A stretch of DNA of 64,000 nucleotides, taken from the NCBI GenBank assembly GCA_033764015.1, contig JANRJK010000053.1, positions 32,001 to 96,000 of the forward strand, written 5' to 3'. The notes below the pieces were generated by a model, which searched no databases, was not told the DNA's origin, and was given only the letters and a program-made list of their open reading frames with translations. How positions within the stretch are numbered: the first letter of the stretch is position 1; each line of letters opens with the position of its first letter. Position numbers and translations under genes: made by a program. This document shows positions 22,137-32,200 of the stretch, piece by piece. The stretch comes from Candidatus Sumerlaeia bacterium (GTDB lineage: Bacteria; Sumerlaeota; Sumerlaeia; SLMS01; JANRJK01).

Positions 22137-23194
22137 TCGTCCAGAAACGAGAAGGTGAGCTCCACATCCACGCTTTTGCGCCCGAAGCTATCGGGCAAGG
22201 GAGCTAGTCGACCCACCTTCTTCAGTGCCTCGACGGCATAGGGATCCAGCGTCGACACTCCGGAGCTCCGGACGATGCGTGGGTTTTCGATCGATCCGTC
22301 GGCATTGATTCGAAACCCCACCACGGCCGTCATGTCTGTTTGCTTGTCAAAAGGAACGCGAAACGCTTCCGAGATTCGCGTCGCGGCTTGACGAGCGTAA
22401 AAGTCGGGCAAACCGGCACCCTTGATCGCGTCGCCCCCGTTTCCCCGGCCCGAGCCGATCGCGTTCGAGTTTCCCGAACCGGTTCCCCTGCCGGAGCCCG
22501 TGGCGGATGAGTTTCCCGACCCGCGTCCTCCCTGTGACCCCTTTCCCGCACCTGGGGAGTTTGAAGAACCGGCGGAGCGCGCCTCGCCGGGCGTAAGAGC
22601 CTTCCCGGAAGACGCCTTGGCCCCCTCGCGGGCCATTGCCGCAGCGGGGAGAGCGGACTTGGCGGAGGGGGGAACCGCGGTCCGGGACGGCTTGGCGGTC
22701 GCCGCGGGGATCGGCGTGGCCCGGGCGGAGGCGATCGGTTTGGGCGATGCAGTCGGCTTCGGTGTGCGGGTGGGCTGCGGCTCGGGGGTTGGCGCGGCAG
22801 TCGGCGAGGCCGTCGGTTTGGGTGTCGACGTCGGCTTCGGGGTCGGCTTTGGAGTGGCCTTCGCCTTCGGCTTGTTGCGCGAGACCAACAGCTCCTTAGG
22901 CGCCTCCGACTCGTCCTCCTCTTCGACAGCGACGGACTCGCGGTCGGGCTTCGGCGGCGGCGGTGTCGGTTCCGCGGGCGGCTCGATGTCCGGCGGCGCC
23001 AGCTCGGCGATCATGGCCCCCGCCGCGGCCCCGCTCCCCGCACTGCCCGAGTCCATCCCCGATTCGCCGAACAGATTCCCGGCCCGCGAGCTGAACGTGA
23101 GGGGGAGCAGCAGCACGAGAAACGCAACGTGAAGCAGCATTGCTTTACGTAGCGCGCTCTTTGGAGGCAGGTGGCCCGGGTGGGTGGAGATCAC
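22133..23194 (-). CDS. TonB/TolA family energy transducer
   Basis: TM with His, Pro/Thr/Lys-rich linker, TonB C-terminal domain (FRINADG...SSG...LAPLP). Confidence 0.88.
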   Translation of the reverse strand: MISTHPGHLPPKSALRKAMLLHVAFLVLLLPLTFSSRAGNLFGESGMDSGSAGSGAAAGAMIAELAPPDIEPPAEPTPPPPKPDRESVAVEEEDESEAPKELLVSRNKPKAKATPKPTPKPTSTPKPTASPTAAPTPEPQPTRTPKPTASPKPIASARATPIPAATAKPSRTAVPPSAKSALPAAAMAREGAKASSGKALTPGEARSAGSSNSPGAGKGSQGGRGSGNSSATGSGRGTGSGNSNAIGSGRGNGGDAIKGAGLPDFYARQAATRISEAFRVPFDKQTDMTAVVGFRINADGSIENPRIVRSSGVSTLDPYAVEALKKVGRLAPLPDSFGRKSVDVELTFSFLDD

Positions 23195-23212
23195 GCCTGA
23201 GAGGCCCTTCCG

Positions 23213-23641
23213 CTAATCGCCACGGTCAGTGATCAGGCCGATTTCGCCGATGCCGGCGGCGCGCAGGCTTGTGATGACGGTGGCGACTTCCTGCCATGGC
23301 ACCCGTCGATCGGAGTTGAGCAGTATAGGCTTATCACTTGACGCAAGTGAAGCAGCCTTCAGCGACGAGACGAGGTCAGGCACCTGTACCTCTTTGCTGT
23401 TGAGGAAAACGCGCCCCTCTCCCGCTGCGGAGTCCCAACGGATGTCGATGTTGTGCGGGGTGCGCTTCGCGTCGAACCGGGGCGCCTCGCGAACCTTCGG
23501 GAGTTCCAGGTCGACGCCATTCTTCAAGGCTGGCGCCACGATCATGAAGGCGATGAGTAGACAGAACACAATGTCGAGCATTGAGGTGATGTTGATCTGC
23601 GGCTCAGGTAGGGCCGCGATCCGCCGGTGACGTCGCGCCAT
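23213..23641 (-). CDS. ExbD/TolR family protein
   Basis: INITSMLDIVFCLLIAFMI; VDLELP. Confidence 0.92.
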   Translation of the reverse strand: MARRHRRIAALPEPQINITSMLDIVFCLLIAFMIVAPALKNGVDLELPKVREAPRFDAKRTPHNIDIRWDSAAGEGRVFLNSKEVQVPDLVSSLKAASLASSDKPILLNSDRRVPWQEVATVITSLRAAGIGEIGLITDRGD

Positions 23642-23645
23642 CGGG

Positions 23646-24368
23646 CTAGGCTCCCGCCGTGAGGCGCTGGAACTCACGCTGGAGCAGTGGTTCGAGACGT
23701 CCGGAGTACCGCTCCAGGTCCGAGAGGATTTCACGGACGCGTGCCGACAAGTAAGTATGCATGACGGTCGCCGGAATCGCGACTACAAGGCCGAAGATCG
23801 TCGTGACCAGTGCAGTCGAAAGGCCTGGAGCCAGTGTGGCCAGGGAGGCGTCGCCGTTGCCCATCGCTTGGAACGATCCGAGGATGCCCCAAACCGTTCC
23901 AAAGAGACCAAGGAAGGGCGCCAGGCTGATTGAGAGCCCGAGGACGTGGAGACCGCGCTCCAATCGGTGCTGCTCCTCGGCGAATACACGATCCATGGTC
24001 GAGTCGATGATCGGCCTCGCCTTGGCCATGGGCTCCTCTCCGCTCCCAAGGAACCAGCCTTCGAGGTCGCATTCGACGAACACTTCGCGGGTTAGGACGG
24101 CCAGCGGGCTATCCGGATGCCTCCGGCAAATGAGGAACAGTCCGGGAAGAGAGCCGGAGCGATCCCCGGCCGCAGAGAGGAACTGCTGCGAGGAGGCCAT
24201 CGCGTCGCGGAACTCCGCATGTTTCCAAATCAAGACCGAAAAGGTCAGGATGGACAGCCCGGCCAGAATGAAAATGACCACCCAGCCGACGAAATCGTTG
24301 AGGAAGATCGCTGAGACCAGGTCCGTGTCCATGTCGAACAGACCGGCCAAGAGTGGGAGTGCGTGCAT
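23646..24368 (-). CDS. MotA/TolQ/ExbB proton channel protein
   Basis: APFLGLFGTVWGI; ALVTTIFGLVVAIPA. Confidence 0.93.
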   Translation of the reverse strand: MHALPLLAGLFDMDTDLVSAIFLNDFVGWVVIFILAGLSILTFSVLIWKHAEFRDAMASSQQFLSAAGDRSGSLPGLFLICRRHPDSPLAVLTREVFVECDLEGWFLGSGEEPMAKARPIIDSTMDRVFAEEQHRLERGLHVLGLSISLAPFLGLFGTVWGILGSFQAMGNGDASLATLAPGLSTALVTTIFGLVVAIPATVMHTYLSARVREILSDLERYSGRLEPLLQREFQRLTAGA

Positions 24369-24394
24369 TCCGGCAACCCTGCGTGGGGTCCCAG

Positions 24395-25333
24395 CTACTC
24401 CTTCAAGTCGAGCAACTCCAACACTCTATCCAGATCGTCCAAGGACTGCCAATTGACTTCGAGGACGCCGCTGGTGGCGGAGGTGCGCCGTACTTTGACG
24501 GGGCAGCCGAGTCGCTCGACGAGTCGCTCCCGCAGATCATCAATGTCAATATCTTCCGAGCCCTTTTTCTTCCGCATCGAGGCGGGCTGGGCTGGCTTCG
24601 GAGGGGGCTGGTTGATCGCGTTGGCGCGGCGCTCCGCTTCGCGGACCGATAGGCCTTGGGTGACGATTTCGAGGAAGAGGCGCCTGCGGAGCTTCTGGTC
24701 CGGGATCGAAAGGAGCGCCCGGGCATGGCCCGGCGTCAGCGAATGGTCACGGACGGCTTGCTGCATCTCCTCATCCAAATTCAATAATCTCAGCGCATTG
24801 GCGATTGTCGGGCGCTTCTTGCCGACGCGCTCCGCGATCTCCTCCTGGGTCCAGCCGAACTGGAGCATCAGGTCGCGGTACGCCTCCGCCTCTTCCAGCG
24901 GATTCAGGTCGTCGCGCTGGACGTTTTCGACGATCGAGAGTTCGAGCAGTTCCGCGTCGGTGGCCTCGATCACTTGCGCGGGAATCTCGCTGAAGCCGGC
25001 GAGCTGGGCCGCGCGCCAGCGCCGCTCCCCCGCAAGGAGCGTGTATCCCGCGCCCGTCGCGGAGCCCGGCGTGACAACGATCGGTTGGAGGACCCCGTGC
25101 CGCTTCAGCGACGCGGCGAGGTCATCGAGCTTCCCCTGGTCGAAGAACTTGCGTGGCTGCCGGGGGTTGGGCGTGATTTGGTCGACCCGGATGCGGAGTT
25201 GCCCCATGGCGGGCTCTTCCACCGGTGCCTTCGGGCTGGGCTTGGGTGCCGGCTTCGCGGGCGCGACGGGGGCGGGCGGCGCGGCGAGGAGGGTCTTGAT
25301 GCTCTGCGCCAAGGCGTTCTTGCGCGATTTCAT
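24395..25333 (-). CDS. parB: Chromosome partitioning protein ParB
   Basis: PNPRQPRK, GERRWRAA, ENVQRDDL, HTH with IANALRLL. Confidence 0.97.
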   Translation of the reverse strand: MKSRKNALAQSIKTLLAAPPAPVAPAKPAPKPSPKAPVEEPAMGQLRIRVDQITPNPRQPRKFFDQGKLDDLAASLKRHGVLQPIVVTPGSATGAGYTLLAGERRWRAAQLAGFSEIPAQVIEATDAELLELSIVENVQRDDLNPLEEAEAYRDLMLQFGWTQEEIAERVGKKRPTIANALRLLNLDEEMQQAVRDHSLTPGHARALLSIPDQKLRRRLFLEIVTQGLSVREAERRANAINQPPPKPAQPASMRKKKGSEDIDIDDLRERLVERLGCPVKVRRTSATSGVLEVNWQSLDDLDRVLELLDLKE

Positions 25334-25336
25334 GGG

Positions 25337-26137
25337 TCAGCCTTTCTTCCGCCTGCCATGGAGGCGGCCAAGGTACTCGTAGGTGAACGCCTCGTAAGCG
25401 CGGGCGCCGCTCCCCCAGCGGTCGTAGTCGAAGATCGTCCGCCGCACGCCCGGGCATTCGCTCAAGCGCACCGTCCGCGGAATCGTTGCGTTGAAGACCT
25501 GGTCCCCGAGGGCCTCGCGCAGCCCATCCACGACGGAGTTCGAGATGTTCGTGCGCGAGTCGACCATCGTCACCAGATAGCCGAGGATATTGAGCGGCGC
25601 GTCGCCATGCGCCCGGAGCGCCTCGAGCGTGCGCTGCATGTTGATGACGCCTTCGAGGGCGAGGTACTCCGCCTGGACGGGGATGACGATGTTGTCCGCG
25701 GCGTGGAGGATGTTCAGGGTCGTCATCCCGAGGGACGGCGGGGCGTCGATGATGATGTTGTCGAAGGCGCCTTCCACAGCGTCGAGGGCGCGCTTCAGGA
25801 CTTGGTGGCGTCCTTCCGGGAGGAGGACGAGGCGGAAGTCCGCCGCGACGAGGTCGCCGCCCCCGCCGTAGAGGGAGACCGCTTCGACGGCGGAGGGTGA
25901 GGGAGGCGGCGGGGCGGCCTCCGGCTCGAGCAGAGCGGCGGAGCTGGCCGAGTCGGGCTCGGCGCCGAGGCTCAAGGAGGCGTTTCCTTGCGCGTCGAGG
26001 TCGACGACGAGCACGCGCCGCCCTTGCAGGGCGAGGCCGTGCGCGAGGCTGACGACGGTGGTTGTCTTTCCCACGCCGCCCTTCTGATTGATCACCGCGG
26101 TGCGGACTGTTTCACGTGAAACACGCTGTCGGGCCAA
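25337..26137 (-). CDS. parA: Chromosome partitioning ATPase ParA/Soj
   Basis: NQKGGVGKTT, DLDAQGNAS, IDAPPSLG. Confidence 0.95.
   Translation of the reverse strand: MARQRVSRETVRTAVINQKGGVGKTTTVVSLAHGLALQGRRVLVVDLDAQGNASLSLGAEPDSASSAALLEPEAAPPPPSPSAVEAVSLYGGGGDLVAADFRLVLLPEGRHQVLKRALDAVEGAFDNIIIDAPPSLGMTTLNILHAADNIVIPVQAEYLALEGVINMQRTLEALRAHGDAPLNILGYLVTMVDSRTNISNSVVDGLREALGDQVFNATIPRTVRLSECPGVRRTIFDYDRWGSGARAYEAFTYEYLGRLHGRRKKG
26108..26123. promoter_or_regulatory. parS centromere-like site
   Basis: Perfect palindrome TGTTTCACGTGAAACA matching the canonical parS. Confidence 0.93.
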
Positions 26138-26273
26138 TTGCCGGTCCAGCCTTTCCTTGTTGCGATCACACGGAGAGGCTGTTTCCGGGGGGGCCGAACC
26201 GGCAAGCGCATTCGGCGCGGCGGGGTCGCCTTGACACGCGGGGGCGTGCGGGGGACCCTAGCATCCTTACCGC

Positions 26274-26349
26274 TGGGGGTTCGCCAAGCTGGTAAGGCAT
26301 CGGCCTTTGGAGCCGACATTCGCAGGTTCGAGTCCTGCACCCCCAGCCA
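26274..26349 (+). tRNA. tRNA-Gln(TTG)
   Basis: Acceptor stem TGGGGGT/ACCCCCA; anticodon arm TCGGC-CTTTGGA-GCCGA; GGTTCGAGTCC; encoded CCA; TTGACA at 26231. Confidence 0.97.
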
Positions 26350-26355
26350 GCATTG

Positions 26356-26396
26356 GAGCCGGGCTGCCGAACCGGGCGGCCCGGCTCTACCTTTAT
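26356..26396 (+). terminator. Hairpin after tRNA-Gln
   Basis: GAGCCGGGCTGCC/GGCGGCCCGGCTC stem followed by TACCTTTAT. Confidence 0.55.
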
Positions 26397-26410
26397 CCGA
26401 GAGGCGAGAC

Positions 26411-27403
26411 ATGGCGGACGGTGCGGCGGCGATTGTGTTGGCGGCGGGCGAAGGGAAGCGGATGAAGACATCGCTTCCGAAGGTGCTCCATCCGGTCCTC
26501 GGTGTTCCGATGCTGCATCGCGTGGTGCGGGCGCTGAGCGGCGCCGGCGTGGCGCGGATCGTTGTGGTTATTGGACATGCCGCGGACGCGGTGCGGGCTT
26601 CGCTCGATGGCCTCGGGGTCTCGACGGCGCTCCAGGCGGAGCAGCTCGGGACGGGGCACGCCGCGCGCTGCGCGCTGCCGGAGCTGGAAGGCTGGGCGGG
26701 GCCCGTGGTGGTGGCGTGCGGCGACACGCCGCTGGTGACGGCGGAGTTGTTCCGGGGCGCGCTCGACGCGCACGCGGCGGCGGGGGCGGCGGCGACGGTG
26801 GTGACGTGCCGGGTGCCGCAGCCCGGCTCCTACGGGCGGATCGTGCGGGGGGTCGGCGGCGGGGTGGAGGCGATCATGGAGTTCCGCGACGCGTCCGCGG
26901 AGCAGCGCGCGATCGACGAAATCAATTCGGGGAATTATGTTTTCTCCGGTGGAATTCTGCCGGATTATCTGGCGCAATTACGGGCGGATAATTCGCAGCG
27001 GGAATATTACCTGACGGACGTCGTGGGCTTGCTGCGCAAGGGCGGAAGCGCTGTCGCCGGATTTATGCGCCCTGATTTCCGGGAATTATTGGGGGTTAAT
27101 TCCCTCGCCGAATTGGCCGATGCGGAAAACATCCTGTCCACGGCGGCGGCCGCGCGGCTGATGGCGTCGGGCGTCGCGGTGCGGTCGCCGGCGACGTGCC
27201 GGATCGCGCCGGAGGCGGAGGTCGGGCGCGATTCGGTGGTGCTCCCCGGGGTGTCGCTCGAGGGCGCCTGCCGCCTGGGCGAGCGCTGCGTGGTGGGGCC
27301 GAACGTGGTGCTGCGCGACGCGGTGCTGCCGGCGGGCACGCGGGTGTCGCCGCTCGGGGTCGAGATGGAATCCCCCTTGGCCCGCGGCGCGGCGGAGGGT
27401 TGA
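26411..27403 (+). CDS. glmU: GlmU-like uridyltransferase, C-terminally short (330 aa)
   Basis: LAAGEGKRMK, QLGTGHA, GDTPL, YGRI, EINSG, EYYLTD; position between tRNA-Gln and prs. Confidence 0.85.
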   Translation: MADGAAAIVLAAGEGKRMKTSLPKVLHPVLGVPMLHRVVRALSGAGVARIVVVIGHAADAVRASLDGLGVSTALQAEQLGTGHAARCALPELEGWAGPVVVACGDTPLVTAELFRGALDAHAAAGAAATVVTCRVPQPGSYGRIVRGVGGGVEAIMEFRDASAEQRAIDEINSGNYVFSGGILPDYLAQLRADNSQREYYLTDVVGLLRKGGSAVAGFMRPDFRELLGVNSLAELADAENILSTAAAARLMASGVAVRSPATCRIAPEAEVGRDSVVLPGVSLEGACRLGERCVVGPNVVLRDAVLPAGTRVSPLGVEMESPLARGAAEG

Positions 27404-27414
27404 ACGGGTTCATT

Positions 27415-28428
27415 ATGTCGAACAGACCCAGCCGCCGCGCCCACGCCCCGCAACTAGCCGACCCCTTCCTCGGCGAACCCCCCGTGATCCTGCCGGGCTC
27501 GGCGTCGATCGATCTGGCGTCGGAGATCGCGAAGAAGCTCGGCACGACGCTCGGGCGGGTGACGATCGAGCCATTTTCCGACGGCGAGACGTTTGTCAAA
27601 ATCCTTGATAATGTGCGCGGACGCGATGTGTTCGTGATCCAAAGCACGTCGTTCCCGGCGAACGAGCACATCATGCAGCTCCTGCTGCTGATGGACGCGG
27701 CGCGGCGCGCGTCGGCGCAGCGCGTGACGGCGGTGATCCCCTACTTCGGCTACGCGCGGCAGGACCGCAAGGACCAGGGGCGCGTGGCGCTTTCCGCGAA
27801 GCTGGTGGCGAACCTGATCGCGACGGCGGGGGCGGACCGGTTGCTGACGGTGGACCTGCACGCGAACCAGTTGCAGGGCTTCTTCGACATGCCGGTGGAC
27901 CACCTGCTGGGCGGCCCGGCGCTGATCGACTATGTGCGCAAGAAGCTGAAACTGAAGAAGATCACGGTGGTTTCGCCGGACGTCGGGAACGTGAAGATGG
28001 CGCGCAACTTCGCGAACCAGCTCGACGCGCCGCTGGCGATCGTCGACAAGAGGCGGCCCAAGCCGAACGTTTCGGAGGTGATGTCGATCATCGGCGAGGA
28101 GCAGATCGCCGGGCGCGACGTGTGCATCTTCGATGATATGATTGACACGGCGGGCACCATCTGTAATGCAGCACGGGCAGTCTGCGAGAGGGGCGCGCTC
28201 GACGTGTACGCCCTTTGCAGCCATGCGGTGCTCAGCGGAACCGCCCTGGAGCGGCTTGCGGACGCTCCGATCAAGCAGGTGGTGGTGACGAACACGATCC
28301 ACCACGACTTGCAGCGACTGCCGAAGAAGGTGAAGACGATCTCGATCGCGCCCCTTCTGGCCCAAGCCATCGACAGGATCCACACCCACCGGTCCGTCAG
28401 CGACCTGTTCAGCGGCAAGAACCGCTGA
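27415..28428 (+). CDS. prs: Ribose-phosphate pyrophosphokinase
   Basis: FSDGE, PYFGYARQDRK, DDMIDTAGT. Confidence 0.97.
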   Translation: MSNRPSRRAHAPQLADPFLGEPPVILPGSASIDLASEIAKKLGTTLGRVTIEPFSDGETFVKILDNVRGRDVFVIQSTSFPANEHIMQLLLLMDAARRASAQRVTAVIPYFGYARQDRKDQGRVALSAKLVANLIATAGADRLLTVDLHANQLQGFFDMPVDHLLGGPALIDYVRKKLKLKKITVVSPDVGNVKMARNFANQLDAPLAIVDKRRPKPNVSEVMSIIGEEQIAGRDVCIFDDMIDTAGTICNAARAVCERGALDVYALCSHAVLSGTALERLADAPIKQVVVTNTIHHDLQRLPKKVKTISIAPLLAQAIDRIHTHRSVSDLFSGKNR

Positions 28429-28450
28429 CCCATTCGGAGGAAACACCCCC

Positions 28451-29083
28451 ATGTCCAGTGCCAAACTCGCGCTGAACGCCCAAGTGCGCGCCGACAAGCG
28501 CGGCAAGGAATACGCCGCGAAGCTCCGCCAGCAAGGCAAGATCCCCGGCGTTGTGTACGGCGCCCACCAGGACACCGTGAGCCTGGAACTCGAATCGCAC
28601 GCGTTCGACGGCGTCCGCGCCAGCCTGCGCGGCGAACAGCTCCTCGTCGACCTCAACCTCTCCAACGGCGTGAAGGAGAAGGTCTTCATCAAGAGCGTGC
28701 AGCGCGAGCCGCTGTCGCAGCGCATCATCCACGTGGACCTGCTCCGCGTGAACCTGAACGAGGCGATCACGCTGCCGGTCCCCGTGAGCGGCATCGGCGT
28801 CCCGTACGGCGTCCGCAACGACGGCGGCATGCTCGAGCAGGTGCTCCGCACGGTGACCATCACCTGCCTGCCGGAGAAGATGCCCCCGCACATCGACGTC
28901 GACCTGACGAACATGCTGGTCGGCCAGTCGGTGCACGTGTACGACCTGCCGAAGCTGGAAGGCGTCACCTACGCGCACCCGGAGCAGGTGATCTTCGCCT
29001 GCCTCAGCAAGACCGAGGAAAAGGCGGTCGCCGCTCCGGCGGGCGCCGCCCCGGCCGCCGCGGCGGCCGGCGCCAAGGTCTAA
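28451..29083 (+). CDS. rplY: 50S ribosomal protein L25/Ctc
   Basis: LRQQGKIPGVVYG, IHVDL, GGMLEQ. Confidence 0.95.
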   Translation: MSSAKLALNAQVRADKRGKEYAAKLRQQGKIPGVVYGAHQDTVSLELESHAFDGVRASLRGEQLLVDLNLSNGVKEKVFIKSVQREPLSQRIIHVDLLRVNLNEAITLPVPVSGIGVPYGVRNDGGMLEQVLRTVTITCLPEKMPPHIDVDLTNMLVGQSVHVYDLPKLEGVTYAHPEQVIFACLSKTEEKAVAAPAGAAPAAAAAGAKV

Positions 29084-29135
29084 CCGGCGCGGCGCGGCCA
29101 GCGCCGCGCACGCGACCAGTCCGCACGGCCCACAA

Positions 29136-29169
29136 CGGCCCGGGAGCAATCCCGGGCCGATTCGTGTTG
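29136..29169 (+). terminator. Intrinsic terminator after rplY
   Basis: CGGCCCGGGA-GCAA-TCCCGGGCCG then ATTCGTGTT; a second hairpin at 29087-29109. Confidence 0.7.
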
Positions 29170-29221
29170 GCGGCGCCGAACGGATTGACCGTCCTCCCCC
29201 GGCGCCGCTCCATTACCCGGC

Positions 29222-32200
29222 ATGATCGTCCGCACGTTCAAACCGCTCTTCCGCCCGGAGGTGATCCGCGACCGGCTGCTGCGCTTCCCGATGCCCCCCG
29301 GCGTCGAGGAGCCGCGCCGGCGCCTGGCGTCGCTCGCGTCGCTGTTCGCCACCGGCGACCCGGGGCGGCTCGGCGAGGAGAACCTCAAGCCCGGCTTCCT
29401 CGCCGACGTGTTCGGCGAGCTGCTGGGATACCGCACGCCGAACCAGGCGCCGGGCGCGCACACGATCGTGCCGGAGTTCGCCCTCCGGACCGGCGGCTTC
29501 GCCGACGCGGTGCTGGGGCGCCAACTAGCCGAGGGGCGCGGCGCGGTGGTCGCCGTCGAGATCAAGGGGCCCCGCGACCCGCTCGACATCCCCCATGGCG
29601 GACGCCGCCTCTCCGCCGTCGAGCAGGGCTTCGACTACGCGATCAACCTCGGCTGCGACTGGATCGTGGTCTCCTCGATGCGCGAGACGCGCCTGTACCA
29701 CAAGGGCGCGGACCGGCTGACGTGCGAGCGTTTCGACCTGGCGCTGCTCGCCACGAACGACCACGCACTGCGCCGCTTCCTCTACATCCTCGGCGCGGAG
29801 CGCGTGCTCGCGCCGGACGGAAGCTGCCACCTCGAGGAGCTGCTCGCGGAGTCGAAGCGCGTCGGCGAGCGCCTCACGCGCGAGTTCTACGAGGAGTTCT
29901 CGCGGCACCGCCTCGAGACGTTCCTGCGCCTGGGCGAGGCGAACCCCGGCGCGGACCGGGTGCGGCTGCTGGCGCTGACGCAGAAGATCCTAGACCGCGT
30001 GCTGTTCTGCGCGTTCGCCGAGGACCGCGGCCTGCTCCCGAAGGACTCGGTGCGCGAGGCCTTCACGTACCGCAACCCGTACACGCCGCAACCGGTGTGG
30101 AATAATTTCCGCGCCCTTTTCCGATTTATCAACGATGGCAATCCCGACCTGAATATCCCGCGCTATAATGGCGGATTATTCGCCCCGGACCCGGAGATCG
30201 ACGCGCTGGCGGTGCCGGACATGGCATGCTCGGCGTTCCCGGAGCTGGCGCGCTACGACTTCCGCGAGCTCGACACCGGGGGCGAGGAGGCGCTGGCGTT
30301 CGAGACGAACGGGCGCGAGGGCGTCATCGACGTCGAAATCCTCGGCCACATCTTCGAGCAGTCGATCACGGACCTCGAGCGGCTGCGCCTGGAGATCGAG
30401 GAGACGGGGCGCCTCGAGCCGCCGGACCCGAAGCGGGCGAAGGCGAAGCGCAAGAAGGAGGGCGCGTTCTACACGCCGCGATTCATCACGAGCCACATCG
30501 TCGAGCGCACGCTGGGCCCGGTGCTGGCGGACCGCTGCGAACAGGTCCGCGCGCGGCACCACGCGGAGGCAAAGGGCGCGGCGCGGGCGGCGCTGGCGGA
30601 CCCGGCGGCGGCGGAACCCGCGCTGCTGCGCCCCGCCGCGCGCGAGGCGCTGGTGCGCTTCTGGCGCGAATGGCGGGACGAACTGGGCACCATCCGCGTG
30701 CTCGACCCCGCCTGCGGCTCCGGCGCCTTCCTCATCGAGGTCTACGACCAGCTCCTCGCCGCGTACCGCGACGCGAACGCGCGCCTCGAGGCGCTGGGCT
30801 GCGACCCCGAGCTGTTCGACCTGAGCCGCCGCATCCTCGAACGGAACCTCTACGGGGTGGACGTGAACAGCGAGGCGGTCGAGATCTGCCGGCTCTCGCT
30901 CTGGATCAAGACGGCGGAGCGCGGCAAGATCCTGACGGACCTGGACCACACGATCCGGCGCGGGAACTCGATCGTGGACGATCCGGCGCTGCACCCGTGG
31001 GCGCTCGATTGGCGCGCGGCGTTCCCCGAGGTGTTCGAGGGGGGCGGCTTCGACGCGGTGGTGGGTAACCCGCCCTACATCCGGCAGGAGTGGATCGCGG
31101 CGTACAAGGAGCACCTGAAGTCGCGGTACGCGTCATTTTCGGGGACGGCGGATATCTACATTTATTTCATCGAGCGCGGCCTCGATTTACTGCGCGAAGG
31201 CGGTCGGCTCGGGTTCATCACGAGCGGCACCTTCGCGCGCGGCAATTTCGCGGCGCCTTTCCGCAAGTGGCTGCCGGGCGTGGCGCGGTTTTCCTCGCTG
31301 GTGAATTTCGGCGAAAACCAGCCGTTCGAGGGCGCCGAGATGGTCTACCCCACCATGTTCACGCTGGAGAAGCGCACCGGCCCCGCGACGTTCCCGACGC
31401 TGTTCCTCGACGAGAAGATTCCGAAGGACATCTCGAAGACCATGGAGGAGCACCAGCTCCCCTGCGACGAATCGGTCTTCGAGTCGGAGGAGTGGAAGTT
31501 CCAGCCGAAGGACGTCACGGCGCTCTTCCGAAAGCTGTCGGGCGCGGGCGTGCCGCTCGCCGAAGCGGTGAAGGGGCGCATCTACTACGGCATCAAGACC
31601 GGCTTGAACGAGGCGTTCATCATCGACACGCCGACGCGCGACGCGCTGGTGGCGGCTGATGCGCGGTCGGCGGAGATCATCCGCCCGATCCTGAAGGGCG
31701 AGGACCTGCGCCCGTGGCATCAGGACTGGGAGGGGAACCATCTGCTCGCGATTCCTTCCGGGATGACTCGCCAACTCGCTGGGCCCGACGTGGACGAGTG
31801 CGGTGGCTGGCGTTGGTTCGCCACCGAGTTCCACGCTGTGGCCGAACACCTCGCGCGGCACGAGACGACGGCGCGGCTTCGACAGGACAAGGGCGACTTC
31901 TGGTGGGAATTGCGGCCGTGCAGCTATTATTCGGAGTTCGACCAGCCGAAAATCCTCTGGCCGGACATTCAGAAACTGCCGCGTTTTTCTTGGGACGCGA
32001 CGGGATTTTATGTCAATGATAAGGGCTTCATCCTGCTCGCGGGCTCTGCCTCGACACTTTCGCTACTTAACTCGCACACGCTTTGGTTCTGCATTTCGCA
32101 GCTTTGCCTTCCGCTACGCCTGAGGAAGGGGCTTTGGCAGTATCAGTCGAAGTCCCAGTTCATCGAGCGCCTCCCCATCCCCGCGCTCTCCGCGGAGGAC

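Noticed and set aside
22440..22990. Short tandem repeats in the tonB-like gene as an array
   Set aside because: They encode an ordinary Pro/Thr/Lys and Gly/Ser linker; no repeat-spacer structure
26274..26349. tRNA-Gln as an integration site
   Set aside because: No duplicated tRNA 3' end or integrase was seen, and the conserved glmU-prs-rplY order follows
26138..26410. N-terminal extension of the GlmU ORF
   Set aside because: It runs through the tRNA-Gln gene; the ATG at 26411 has a GAGG RBS
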